Source: Sinorhizobium meliloti (GTDB taxonomy: Bacteria > Pseudomonadota > Alphaproteobacteria > Rhizobiales > Rhizobiaceae). Taken from it: a stretch of 32,000 nucleotides of DNA. This document shows, one piece after another, positions 16,696 to 25,690 of this stretch. Below the pieces are notes generated by a model. The model was not told where the DNA came from, searched no databases, and was given only the letters and a program-made list of their open reading frames with translations. The DNA lies in NCBI RefSeq assembly GCF_017876815.1, contig NZ_JAGIOS010000001.1, positions 810,001 to 842,000 on the forward strand, in the 5' to 3' direction. Both the position numbers and the translations under genes were made by a program. The first letter of the stretch is position 1. The number at the start of each line of letters is the position of its first letter.

Positions 16696-19600
16696 TCAAG
16701 CATTGGCGCCAAACTCACCCCTCATGGCCTGCTGCCAAATATGGGCGTATACGTTGCTAGCCACCAGCTTCTTCTCCTCAGCCGTGAATGGAGGTGTCGG
16801 CAAGCTGGCAAACACGTTGTCCAGGATGAACACCTCGATATCGGCTTTCGTCTGTTCTTTTTCCCAGAAGCGATCGAGTTTCGCGAGCCGCGCCTTGATT
16901 GAGGCAAGAAGTTCCCGGCTCGCCTGCTTCACCCTTTCGCGCGCCGTCTTGTCCAGCTCGTCCTTGAGAAGCAGGTCAAACAGCGCCAGTTCATCCTCGC
17001 GAAGACCTTCGCGCGTGGCGCGCTTCTGCTCCTCGTCCAAGCTGGCTACGAGTTCGATAAGGCGCCTGAACGTCTCTTCGATGGTGGTCCGGTCCTTCTC
17101 CCGGTTATAGTCGGCGACGATTTCCTCGTACTTGATCTGATAGTCCATACGCATTGGATTACGCGCCATCATCTCGGCGAGCTTCTCCTCAACTATGTCT
17201 CTGATATCCTGTAGGGTCGTCGCCTTACGCCGGACCTTCTTCGCAAATTCATCGCGAAGACGTTCCAGATCGATCTTGCTGAGATCGAACGTAAGCCCCT
17301 CGGCCTGATCGTCCCCCGCAGATTGTGTCGCGATGGCTGCATTGACAATACGATGCAGCTCTTTGAGGAGTTCTGTTACATCAGCGGTGTCGCGTCGCTC
17401 GATCAGCTTCTTGTAGATTGCTTCGATGTTGTCGTGCCGCTCCGCATAGGCGTATGCAGAGGGCTCCATAAGCAGTGCCTTAAAGCGGATGAAGACCTGC
17501 CGCGCCATGATCTCAAATCGCCGCTTGGCATCATCGCTCGAATATACGGCCTCGACCGCATCAGCGAGCCCCTTGATCCGGACAAACCCTTTTGCACCAA
17601 GCAGCGCAACCGGATCGAAGCCGAGGCCGCGGAGATGTGCTTCGGTCGCTTCAATGGCCTCGATGAGGGCCTGCACACGTTCCTCGATCGGCGCAATGAT
17701 TTCTTCCCCGCCTGTGCCGTCATCGCCAAGTGCATACTGGGCGAGCGCGGCCCGCAAACTGGCCAGCATGCCGTTGTAGTCGACGATCAAACCAAAATCC
17801 TTGCCAGGATAGACACGGTTGGCTCGCGCAATCGCCTGCATCAGCGTATGCGCCTTCATCGGTTTGTCGATATAAAGTGTTGAAAGGCATTCCACGTCGA
17901 AACCGGTCAGCCACATGGCGCAAACGATGGCGACGCGGAAGGGATGCTTGGGGTTCTTAAAGGCCGTTTCGACATCAACCCGCTCGCCTGCTTCCCCTTC
18001 AAACCCTCTTTTCATCAGGGCGCGATGGGGAATGATGTCAAAGCCCCATTTCTTGAAGTCGGCGACTTCGTTCTGAGCCTCGCTGATTATGATTTCGACG
18101 ATTGTCTCATCTAGCCATCTGGCCTGCGCCTCAAGTTTTTGGGCCTTTTCCGCAAGTGCGGCACGGACTGTTTTGTCGACAGCAGCCGCCGCCTCTGCCC
18201 TTTTGGTCTCACCCTCTTTCCGCACCTGAATGGCCTTCGCCTTCCAGTGGGGAACGATGCGCTGGTACATCCGGGCGCAAGTGATTTTGTCAATGCAGAC
18301 GAACAGCGACTTCCCTGATTCCCAACGTGTCGCGCAATGCTCGACAAAGTCGTGCGCGATTTTTTCAAGCCGCTCGTCGGCGGTGATGATCTCGTAATCC
18401 TTGCCAAGCAGCTTATCCAGGAGTGCGGCCTGATCTGGGTCGAGCTCAGCCTCCTCGATCTTCGCCGCGATCCGGTCGTTTAGATCGACCCTTGCGACGC
18501 CCAGTTTCTCACCTCGGTTCTCATAGACGAGCTTGACGGTCGCCCCGTCTTCTTCCGACCGCTTGAAATCATAGCGCGAGACATAGTCGCCGAAGATACG
18601 CTTGGTGATCTCATCCTGTTTGAACAGCGGCGTGCCCGTAAAGCCGATGAAAGCAGCGTTCGGCAAAGCGAGGCGCATGTTACGCGCAAGTCGTCCGGCC
18701 TGTGTCCTATGTGCCTCGTCAGAGATGACGATGATGTCGTCGCGCTCGCTGTAGGGCTCTTTCGGGTTCACATCCTGATTGAATTTATGGATCAGGCTGA
18801 AGACGTAGCGATGGTTTTCCTTCAGCAGACGCTGGAGGTCCGTGCCCGACGCGGCCCGCGGCGTTTCGTTGCTCGCGACATCGCAGCCGACGAAGGTCTT
18901 GTAAATCTGGCTATCCAGATCGTTGCGGTCGGTCATAAGCAGGAAGGTAAAATTGCCCGGCACCTTCCGGCGCACTTTTTCAGCAAAGAACGCCATGGAA
19001 TAAGACTTGCCGCTACCCTGGGTATGCCAGAACACGCCAAGCCGCCCGAGGTCCGGATGTGCCCGCTCGATGATATTCACGGGCCCTTCCGGGATGAATG
19101 ACGGAAGGGCTGGCGCAGCTTCCTTCTCCATCGTCGCAAGCCGTTTCTGATCGGCAATCGCCCGGTTCTCTAACGGCAACTCAATCACACGATGCCGTAG
19201 GCGTTCCTCACGGGGGAACTCGCGCTTTAACTCCTCCTGGTAGGCAACCGATGCAACGGCGCGGTTGACCCCCAGCACTTGATGGTTGCGCGCTACCACC
19301 TTGCGCGTCGCGCCGGCCTTGCTCTCGTCGAACAGGATGAAGTTCTCTATGAAGTCCAGAAGCCGATCATGTGTCAGCATGCCATTCAGCAGCACCTCGG
19401 CGTCAACATTACCTTTATCCGTCTCGTCGAGCCGCTTCCACTCCGCAAAATGATCCCATTCACTGGTGATCGAACCGTAGCGCGCGCGGTCACCATTGCT
19501 GACAATCAAAAAAGCGTTGTGGTGAAAGGCATGCGCGACAACATTCTCATCCATGTAATCACGCAGGTTGCCATCAAACCCGGCGCGGATGTTTTTGTAG

Positions 19601-20121
19601 ACCGCCTTCAGCTCGATGAAGACGACCGGCAGCCCGTTGACAAAGCATACAAGATCGGCGCGGCGATTGTAGTTCGGCGTCCGCAAACCGGTCAGTTTCA
19701 GCTCTCGTACCGCAAGAAAACGGTTGCTGCCCGGCGCGTTGTCGAAGTCAATTACGCGCGCGCGGGCATCGCGCACACGCCCCATGGCATCCCGATAGTG
19801 AACCGGAACGCCATTGCGGATCAGCCGCGTAAACTCCTGATTGTGCTGCACCATCGAGCGGCTGAAATCATGGACCGTAAGCGCCCGCACCGCATCATCA
19901 ATGGCTGACGGCGGCAGCTCAGGATTAAGCCGCACAAGCGCGGCGCGCAGATCACGCGTAAGGACCGCCTCACTTGTACTGGCACGTCCAAGCGTCCCTC
20001 CCGGCCCGAACGTTTCATCATTCCAGGCATAGATACTATCCCAGCCAAGCGCCGTCTCAAGGTGGACGGCGAAAGTCGCCTGTACCAGCCGATCCTCGCT
20101 GTTGATGCCTGTGACCGCCAT
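16696..20121 (-). CDS. hsdR: Type I restriction endonuclease subunit R
   Basis: 1141 aa. The PD-(D/E)xK-like motif is RADLVCFVNGLPVVFIELK. Helicase motif I is HTQGSGKSYSM and the DEAH box is VISDEAHRTQ. It has a long helical C-terminal region and follows hsdS by 24 nt. Confidence 0.95.
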   Translation of the reverse strand: MAVTGINSEDRLVQATFAVHLETALGWDSIYAWNDETFGPGGTLGRASTSEAVLTRDLRAALVRLNPELPPSAIDDAVRALTVHDFSRSMVQHNQEFTRLIRNGVPVHYRDAMGRVRDARARVIDFDNAPGSNRFLAVRELKLTGLRTPNYNRRADLVCFVNGLPVVFIELKAVYKNIRAGFDGNLRDYMDENVVAHAFHHNAFLIVSNGDRARYGSITSEWDHFAEWKRLDETDKGNVDAEVLLNGMLTHDRLLDFIENFILFDESKAGATRKVVARNHQVLGVNRAVASVAYQEELKREFPREERLRHRVIELPLENRAIADQKRLATMEKEAAPALPSFIPEGPVNIIERAHPDLGRLGVFWHTQGSGKSYSMAFFAEKVRRKVPGNFTFLLMTDRNDLDSQIYKTFVGCDVASNETPRAASGTDLQRLLKENHRYVFSLIHKFNQDVNPKEPYSERDDIIVISDEAHRTQAGRLARNMRLALPNAAFIGFTGTPLFKQDEITKRIFGDYVSRYDFKRSEEDGATVKLVYENRGEKLGVARVDLNDRIAAKIEEAELDPDQAALLDKLLGKDYEIITADERLEKIAHDFVEHCATRWESGKSLFVCIDKITCARMYQRIVPHWKAKAIQVRKEGETKRAEAAAAVDKTVRAALAEKAQKLEAQARWLDETIVEIIISEAQNEVADFKKWGFDIIPHRALMKRGFEGEAGERVDVETAFKNPKHPFRVAIVCAMWLTGFDVECLSTLYIDKPMKAHTLMQAIARANRVYPGKDFGLIVDYNGMLASLRAALAQYALGDDGTGGEEIIAPIEERVQALIEAIEATEAHLRGLGFDPVALLGAKGFVRIKGLADAVEAVYSSDDAKRRFEIMARQVFIRFKALLMEPSAYAYAERHDNIEAIYKKLIERRDTADVTELLKELHRIVNAAIATQSAGDDQAEGLTFDLSKIDLERLRDEFAKKVRRKATTLQDIRDIVEEKLAEMMARNPMRMDYQIKYEEIVADYNREKDRTTIEETFRRLIELVASLDEEQKRATREGLREDELALFDLLLKDELDKTARERVKQASRELLASIKARLAKLDRFWEKEQTKADIEVFILDNVFASLPTPPFTAEEKKLVASNVYAHIWQQAMRGEFGANA

Positions 20122-20145
20122 GCTACTAAGCCCTCCGCTCCGACA

Positions 20146-21294
20146 TCATACCGCGATCTCCCCGTTCATTAGACGAGGCATCAAAATGTCACGAGCTTGA
20201 GCGAGTTTATCAATCTGCCGCAGCAACGTTTGCATTTGCTTGGCAGCGTTTCCTGCAAAATCACCAAACAGCGTTTGTAGCGGGCGCGGAGGAGTTGTTA
20301 CACGAACCTCGGCAATCCGGTTCTTCGAAAGTTCTTTCTGATTAGTTGCCCCTTCGCCCATTCCCTCGAAGACCGGCTGCAGCTCAAGGAGCGCGTATCC
20401 AAACCAGAACGGATGAACATCACTATTCGGTCTAGCGACAGTTAGGTGAGAGTCAAATGTCATGGCCACCGGTTCGAACCAGCATTGAGCCACACGCCCC
20501 AGCGTCCCTGTACCCGTCGAATTTATGAGAACGTCCAGGTAGTTGAGCGCCTTTTCGACCTTATACTCTTTTCGTTGCCGTCGGGCTGGAGCGGTTGAAA
20601 GGAGTCGATCGCGAACGCATTTCTGGCTCAATACGATTGAATCACCATCGTCGTCGTATGTCGGCGAAATTCCTCGTCCTAAGAAGCAGCACGCATCGCC
20701 TATTCTTTTTCGTTCCCACCCTTTGGGGATACCCTCTATGATCTCAATATGCTCGTGACCGGGGTAGCGGAATCGACTAAACCACTCAAGGTAAAGCATC
20801 CGCACTGACTCATCCAACAATGCAATTCGCCGTCTGTTGTTCTCGATCAGATTGTCGTAAGCAGCAAGGATGGAAGCGATCTTGTCTTGGACTGGATGAT
20901 CTGCCAAACGGATTGGAAGACCATGAATGTGATTTCGATTGAGCGTGGGATTAGCCCCACCGACATTAAATCGTTCCAAGCCCAAGCACTTCAAAGCATA
21001 GTATACGAAACGTGCGTTGTTGCCGTTTAGTGATTTGCTCCAAAGCGTCGTGTCATGAGGCCAATAGTCGCCCGCGCTGTAGTGGACGGAGCCGAGCGTG
21101 CCTTTTCGGCCAATGACAACGCCGGGGCCGGCAGCCATGGCTTCGTTGTGCCAACTGCTCGGCCCAGATGACGAGATAACCGGTACATCTCCCTCCTTCT
21201 GATGATCCTTGGTTATGTCGAACCCACGTTGCAGGTAGACGAGGTCTTCAAGAATGGCAGGCTGCCAGTGCTTTGCGCCCAGGTATGATGTCAT
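20146..21294 (-). CDS. hsdS: Type I restriction-modification specificity subunit S
   Basis: 382 aa with two target-recognition halves. They are separated by the conserved helix ILAAYDNLIENNRRRIALLDESVRMLYLEWF, and the protein ends LLRQIDKLAQARDILMPRLMNGEI. Its ATG overlaps the hsdM stop (ATGA, 21291-21294). Confidence 0.9.
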   Translation of the reverse strand: MTSYLGAKHWQPAILEDLVYLQRGFDITKDHQKEGDVPVISSSGPSSWHNEAMAAGPGVVIGRKGTLGSVHYSAGDYWPHDTTLWSKSLNGNNARFVYYALKCLGLERFNVGGANPTLNRNHIHGLPIRLADHPVQDKIASILAAYDNLIENNRRRIALLDESVRMLYLEWFSRFRYPGHEHIEIIEGIPKGWERKRIGDACCFLGRGISPTYDDDGDSIVLSQKCVRDRLLSTAPARRQRKEYKVEKALNYLDVLINSTGTGTLGRVAQCWFEPVAMTFDSHLTVARPNSDVHPFWFGYALLELQPVFEGMGEGATNQKELSKNRIAEVRVTTPPRPLQTLFGDFAGNAAKQMQTLLRQIDKLAQARDILMPRLMNGEIAV

Positions 21295-23390
21295 GCGCCC
21301 AACTCCTGGAAGTTGCGCGCGATCTGCGCGGCGAGCTCCACCGCCTCTTCGTTTAGGCCTTTTAGGTCAATGTGGATCGCGCGGAGCGACTCTTCAAAAT
21401 CAAAATCTTCATCCTGCTCGACGGGCGCAACACCGACGTATCGCCCTGGCGTCAAACTCCAATCATAATCTTTGATCGCGGCACGATCGACCAGCTTGAC
21501 CAGCCCTTCGACATCACGCAGCGCGGCGTCAGGGAAGCGCTCTTGAAGCCAGTCAGCTTGCTTCACAAAGTAACGCGCCATCCGCAGCGCCTCGACGGCG
21601 TTCGCGCGTGCATCTTCCAGTCGCTTGCGCGTGCGGCTGATGTCAGCGTTCGACCATTTGCCGGAGTCTTTCGCTTCGAGCTCCTTCAAGCTGATGTCGA
21701 TCACACGGCCTGCGAGCTTCGCCGCAAGGTCGATCTGCTTCGTCAGATCGCGGCAGCTTTCCGCTATCGGATGCAGTGCCGCCCGCGCTGCGTTCAGCCC
21801 GGCATTGTCGCGACCCGCCTTCCAGCTCTTTTCCTGTTTCGCAGGCTCGGCGACGAACTGCTCGATATCTGCCGTCAGTGTAGACTGCGCGCTGGTTAGC
21901 TCCCCCCAGGGCTCCGCCAGCGGATCATCCTTGCGCCTGGTTCTGGCAAAAGGCTCGATCAACTCGATGAGTTTTCCAAGGACGTCCTCGAACGTGTCAA
22001 GGGGCGCTGCCGCCGCCTCGCCATCAGCGATGGCACGCGCCAGGTAGGATTCAACGAGCCTCAAGAAGCGATCCTGTTGACCGCGATAAAGCCAGATGAT
22101 CGCGGCAATGTTCTTTTGTTGCTCGGGACTAAAATCGACAACCGAACGCGACACCTTATTGTAGATGCCGCGCGCATCGAGCATCAGCACATGATCGCGG
22201 CGTGCGGCGTCCTTTTCCTTTGCCCGGTCGAAAAACCACAGCTGGCACGGCACCGTGCGCGTGTAAAAGAAGTTGCCGCGAATATCGATCATTACATCAA
22301 CGGCGCCAGTCTCGACCAGCTTTTGGCGTACCGTCGCCTCATCCCGTCCCGCGCTTGATGCCTGCGAGGACATCACCACGCCGGCGCGGCCATTTTCATT
22401 CAGGTAGCTGTAAAAATACGAAAGCCAGAGATAGTTGGCGTTCGACACTTTCTTGCCTTTGTTCACGCCCGGCAGGCCAAATGGCAGGCGCTTGTCACCC
22501 GTCACCTTATCGGCGTCGACCTCATCAACGTTGAACGGAGGATTGGCCATGACGAAGTCGCACTTGCCGGCGAGCTCATGCGGGTCCTTGTAATAGGTGA
22601 TAGCTTCGTTTCCGGCCCGGATCGTGCCTTGAAGGCCATGAACCGCCAGGTTGATCTGCGCGATCTTCGCGGTCGTTTCATTCTTCTCATGGCCATAGAA
22701 GGTGACACGCTTCATTGTGTCCTGGCCCGCGTCCTCAATAAAATGGCTCGACTGAACGAACATGCCGCCCGAGCCGCAAGCCGGATCAAACACGATCCCA
22801 TGGTCCGGCTCGATCACGTTGACGATGGTTTGGACAATGGAAGGCGGCGTGAAGAACTCGCCGTTATCGTGCGCGCCCTGCTTGGAGAATTCAGCGAGGA
22901 AGTATTCGTAGATGCGGCCGAACACGTCGCCAGAGGCTTTTCGCAGACCTTCGGAATCAAACATACGCAGCATGCGTTCGAGCAGATCGCTCTCGAAGCG
23001 CTGGTAGTCTTTCGGCAGCTGACCCGCGAGCGGCGGAAAGGCTGCCTCGATAACATCCATGGCGGCCGTGAGCGCCGCACCGAGATTGCCGTCCTTTGGC
23101 ATTTTCAGGAGTACGTCAAAGCGCGCAGCCTCGGGCAGCATGAGCGCGCGGCGACGCGTGAAATCTGCCTCGATCAGCGGACGATCCGGCATCTGGCCGG
23201 CGGCCTTGTCCGCCTCGATCGCCGCTTTTGCCTCATAATACCGATTGGTGGCGTGACGCAGAAAAATGAGCCCCATGATCGGCATGAAATACTCGTTTGA
23301 CGCCAATCCCGAGTTGGCGCGCAGGTCGTCAGCGATCTTCCAAAGCTCGGATTCGAACTTTTCAAGATTGTGAAAGTGATCTGCGCTCAT
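21291..23390 (-). CDS. hsdM: Type I restriction-modification N6-adenine DNA methyltransferase subunit M (long form with about 230-aa C-terminal helical extension)
   Basis: The N-terminal HsdM motif is ELWKIADDLRANSGL. The AdoMet motif is VFDPACGSGGMF and the catalytic motif is VMANPPFNV. I prefer the ATG at 23390 (MSADHF...). The upstream ATG at 23498 would overlap the HTH gene by 29 nt and cannot be excluded. Confidence 0.9.
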   Translation of the reverse strand: MSADHFHNLEKFESELWKIADDLRANSGLASNEYFMPIMGLIFLRHATNRYYEAKAAIEADKAAGQMPDRPLIEADFTRRRALMLPEAARFDVLLKMPKDGNLGAALTAAMDVIEAAFPPLAGQLPKDYQRFESDLLERMLRMFDSEGLRKASGDVFGRIYEYFLAEFSKQGAHDNGEFFTPPSIVQTIVNVIEPDHGIVFDPACGSGGMFVQSSHFIEDAGQDTMKRVTFYGHEKNETTAKIAQINLAVHGLQGTIRAGNEAITYYKDPHELAGKCDFVMANPPFNVDEVDADKVTGDKRLPFGLPGVNKGKKVSNANYLWLSYFYSYLNENGRAGVVMSSQASSAGRDEATVRQKLVETGAVDVMIDIRGNFFYTRTVPCQLWFFDRAKEKDAARRDHVLMLDARGIYNKVSRSVVDFSPEQQKNIAAIIWLYRGQQDRFLRLVESYLARAIADGEAAAAPLDTFEDVLGKLIELIEPFARTRRKDDPLAEPWGELTSAQSTLTADIEQFVAEPAKQEKSWKAGRDNAGLNAARAALHPIAESCRDLTKQIDLAAKLAGRVIDISLKELEAKDSGKWSNADISRTRKRLEDARANAVEALRMARYFVKQADWLQERFPDAALRDVEGLVKLVDRAAIKDYDWSLTPGRYVGVAPVEQDEDFDFEESLRAIHIDLKGLNEEAVELAAQIARNFQELGA

Positions 23391-23469
23391 TTTGCTTATG
23401 CCTTTGAGTCCCTGGCGTTCGTCGCGAACCTCAGCACGCTGTCCGGCTTCCGCCGGCATGCGCTCTGCT

Positions 23470-23682
23470 TCACTGCTTTTTTTCTTTAGGTTCGGCATCG
23501 TCGCCCTTTCCGTGTTTTGCGGATTCTCGTCTTATCCAACTGTCGATTTCGCCGCTGTCGAAACGCCATGAGCCTCCGACCTTAAAGCCCGGAATCTCCC
23601 CCTTAGCGGCGAGCTTGTAAGCCGTCTTCTCATTGATTTTGAGAAGGGCGGCCACCTCGCGCACCGTGAGTATCTCGCTCAT
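23470..23682 (-). CDS. Excisionase-family (MerR-superfamily) helix-turn-helix DNA-binding protein, 70 aa
   Basis: From ATG 23682 the translation is MSEILTVREVAALLKINEKTAYKLAAKGEIPGFKVGGSWRFDSGEIDSWI. This is the classic short HTH_17 / excisionase pattern. It is the first gene of the hsdMSR string. Confidence 0.75.
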   Translation of the reverse strand: MSEILTVREVAALLKINEKTAYKLAAKGEIPGFKVGGSWRFDSGEIDSWIRRESAKHGKGDDAEPKEKKQ

Positions 23683-23717
23683 GGCTTTGGCGCCCCGATA
23701 CAATCCCGGCGAGTATA

Positions 23718-23750
23718 GAGAAAATCGGAGAAAATTGGAGCGAAAACTCG
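23718..23750. promoter_or_regulatory. Tandem 10-nt direct repeats upstream of the HTH-hsdMSR operon
   Basis: GAGAAAATCG (23718-23727), GAGAAAATTG (23728-23737) and the degenerate GAGCGAAAACTCG (23738-23750) lie 36-68 nt upstream of the HTH start. An adjacent tandem pair ATTATGAAA/ATTATGAAG lies at 23764-23781. Confidence 0.3.
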
Positions 23751-23811
23751 CAGATTTACCTAGATTATGAAAATTATGAAGTTGGCGAAGTCTAGACTCG
23801 CAAGCTGGATA

Positions 23812-23950
23812 TCAGCCTGCTTCGTCTGGAGCCGTCCGTCGCCTCACAAGAGGCGGGCGACGGCGCGACAGCGAACAGGCTGCCGGCCTGCTTTGATGGT
23901 GTGTTCCCGAGCCTCTTTTCGCGCGAATGATCGTCACGGTCATGAGAATG
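23812..23950 (+). repeat. Copy A of a roughly 190-nt intergenic repeat (left part conserved, right part diverged or truncated)
   Basis: TCAGCCTGCTTCGTCTGGAGCCGTCCGTCGCCTCACAAG...GAACAGGCTGCC...GTGTGTTCCCGAGCCTCT.TTCGCGCGAA.GATCGTCAC aligns with 25691-25830 with few mismatches. The element contains a hairpin CTGGAGC...GCTCCAG (best preserved in copy C). Confidence 0.75.
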
Positions 23951-23998
23951 CTAGGCAATTGTCCGGCAGAGCCATAATATTCGATCAAGGGGGCCGTA

Positions 23999-24946
23999 TT
24001 GACTGCGAAGCGAAAGATTCCTGAGAGGCTTTACAAGTACCGGGCGTTTAGCAATCGCACGCTGGATGCGCTGATCGCCGACGAGCTGTTCTTCGCTGAT
24101 CCAAGCACGTTCAATGATCCGCTCGACAGCAAGCCGTCTCTGGCTACCGACCTCGACGCGGACGCCCTCGCTGATATGCTGGCGCGGTTGGTCGAGCAGC
24201 GAATCAGCGCAGAGATGAGCGCGGCCGCCAAGACGATCAAGTATCGCGGCCCGAAGACGCTCAACCATATTGCGGTGCATAGCCGCCGGCGCGCTGAGCA
24301 GGTGATCGCGGAAATCCGCTACAGCGCGACGAATCCTGAATACGAGATAGAGGACCCGGCCCGGTTTCTGTTCGGCCAGTATGTCGAGGACGAACTCCTG
24401 CGACGGTATGACAAGGGCATCGTCTCGCTGGCAGGACGTTCGGATTGCCCGTTGATGTGGAGCCACTATGGCGACCAGCACAAGGGTGTATGCATCGGCT
24501 ACTCGGTGCCGGAAAGCGCTGCCGCAAACCTCCACAAGATCACCTACGGCGGTAGCAGGCTTATCGAAGCGACTGCGGTTTCAGCGATGCTTGACGGCGA
24601 TGAATCCGCACGCCGGAAAGTGGACTCGGCCGTTCTGACAAGAAAGGCCATTGACTGGCGCTATGAACGTGAGTGGCGGCTTGTCGGCCCCCGTGGAGCA
24701 CAGGGCTCGCCACTTGAACTTGAAGAGGTCGTGTTTGGAATGCGCTGCTCGCATACAGTCAAATTCGCAATTGTCAGGGCGCTCGCCGGCAGGCGCCGAC
24801 CTGTCAAGTTCTACGAAATACGCGAGCGACGTGGACGTTTCCTGCTCGGCAGGTACGTGCTGGACACCGACGAGCTGTCAGTTTCTCTTCCTCGGCGCGC
24901 ACTCGATATCGATGATTTCTTCGAGCCGATCACAGGAGACGAATAG
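23999..24946 (+). CDS. DUF2971 family protein, 315 aa
   Basis: The TTG start at 23999 is preceded by AAGGGGG. DUF2971 hallmarks are LYKYRAFS, FFADPSTFNDPLD, PLMWSHYGDQHKGVCIGY and DWRYEREWRL. Confidence 0.8.
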   Translation: MTAKRKIPERLYKYRAFSNRTLDALIADELFFADPSTFNDPLDSKPSLATDLDADALADMLARLVEQRISAEMSAAAKTIKYRGPKTLNHIAVHSRRRAEQVIAEIRYSATNPEYEIEDPARFLFGQYVEDELLRRYDKGIVSLAGRSDCPLMWSHYGDQHKGVCIGYSVPESAAANLHKITYGGSRLIEATAVSAMLDGDESARRKVDSAVLTRKAIDWRYEREWRLVGPRGAQGSPLELEEVVFGMRCSHTVKFAIVRALAGRRRPVKFYEIRERRGRFLLGRYVLDTDELSVSLPRRALDIDDFFEPITGDE

Positions 24947-25045
24947 ACCCCTCTTTACGCGCGCGAAGGATCGTCACCCGCATGGGCCGAGACCCTGCGG
25001 AAGCAGGGCTCGGGGCGAACGCCTAGAGCCTGACCCATCGCGCCG
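24947..25045 (+). repeat. Copy B of the repeat (right part only)
   Basis: CGCGCGAAGGATCGTCACCCGCATGGGCCGAGAC (24960-24993) is identical to the same 34-mer in copy C (about 25800-25833). It is followed by the shared GGCTCGGGGC...GCCTAGAGCCTGACCCA. Confidence 0.75.
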
Positions 25046-25100
25046 TAGCAGAGCGAAGGCGGAGGGACGCGCCCTCAGAGAAAGCGATCGTTACCTGACT

Positions 25101-25146
25101 TATACGCGAGTGCGTATATCCGCGTTTTATACGCGTATGCGTATTA
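25101..25146. promoter_or_regulatory. Two tandem copies of the palindrome TATACGC-N4-GCGTATA upstream of ORF 25225
   Basis: TATACGCGAGTGCGTATA (25101-25118) has perfect 7-nt arms. TATACGCGTATGCGTATTA (25128-25146) is a near-perfect second copy. The centres are about 27 nt apart. Confidence 0.4.
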
Positions 25147-25224
25147 CCCCAACGGGGATTCCCCGAGGAATAGCGGCGGAAAATAGCGCGAGACTCCTCC
25201 AGCAGACAGGAAGGAGTCACCGTC

Positions 25225-25617
25225 ATGGAAACCGGACCGATTGTAGATACCGACCGCATCACCATCACCAAAGGCGATGTTAAGAACGATCTCTGGGTGA
25301 GCGGCACCGTCAACGAAAACCCCGCCTACAGCTTCACCGCCAAAGTCTTTGATGTGGGGAGCAGGTACGGGCTGGATGGGGGCCAGATTTCAAAGCTGAC
25401 TGTCTGGCACAGCGGCAACGAAGTCGCCTCTTACGATCGCGGTTGGGACAGTCCGCCCCAGACACACGACGACAAGCGCGCGGTCGAGATCATCAAAAGC
25501 TCATTCCGGGAGCATGAACAAACCCAAAGCTCCGACACAACCATCCGGGTTGACCTGCACTGGCGCCGGGCCGCCGGCCGCACCCGCCATGCCGACGACA
25601 CCGGCCGGGAGCGTTAG
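25225..25617 (+). CDS. Hypothetical protein, 130 aa
   Basis: ATG start with GGAAGGAG 11 nt upstream. The N-terminal 100 aa are protein-like (ITITKGDVKNDLWVSGTVNENPAYSFTAKVFDVGSRYGLDGGQISKLTVWHSGNEVASYDRGWD). A strong terminator follows immediately. Confidence 0.6.
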   Translation: METGPIVDTDRITITKGDVKNDLWVSGTVNENPAYSFTAKVFDVGSRYGLDGGQISKLTVWHSGNEVASYDRGWDSPPQTHDDKRAVEIIKSSFREHEQTQSSDTTIRVDLHWRRAAGRTRHADDTGRER

Positions 25618-25629
25618 CCGCCGGCCGCC

Positions 25630-25659
25630 GGCGGCCGCCACGCGCGGCCGCCTTTCTTG
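25630..25659 (+). terminator. Rho-independent terminator
   Basis: A 9-bp GC stem pairs GGCGGCCGC (25630-25638) with GCGGCCGCC (25644-25652) around a 5-nt loop. TTTCTT follows, 13 nt after the stop of ORF 25225..25617. Confidence 0.7.
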
Positions 25660-25690
25660 CGATGAGGCGCCGGTGCGCTGCCGCTGCAAT

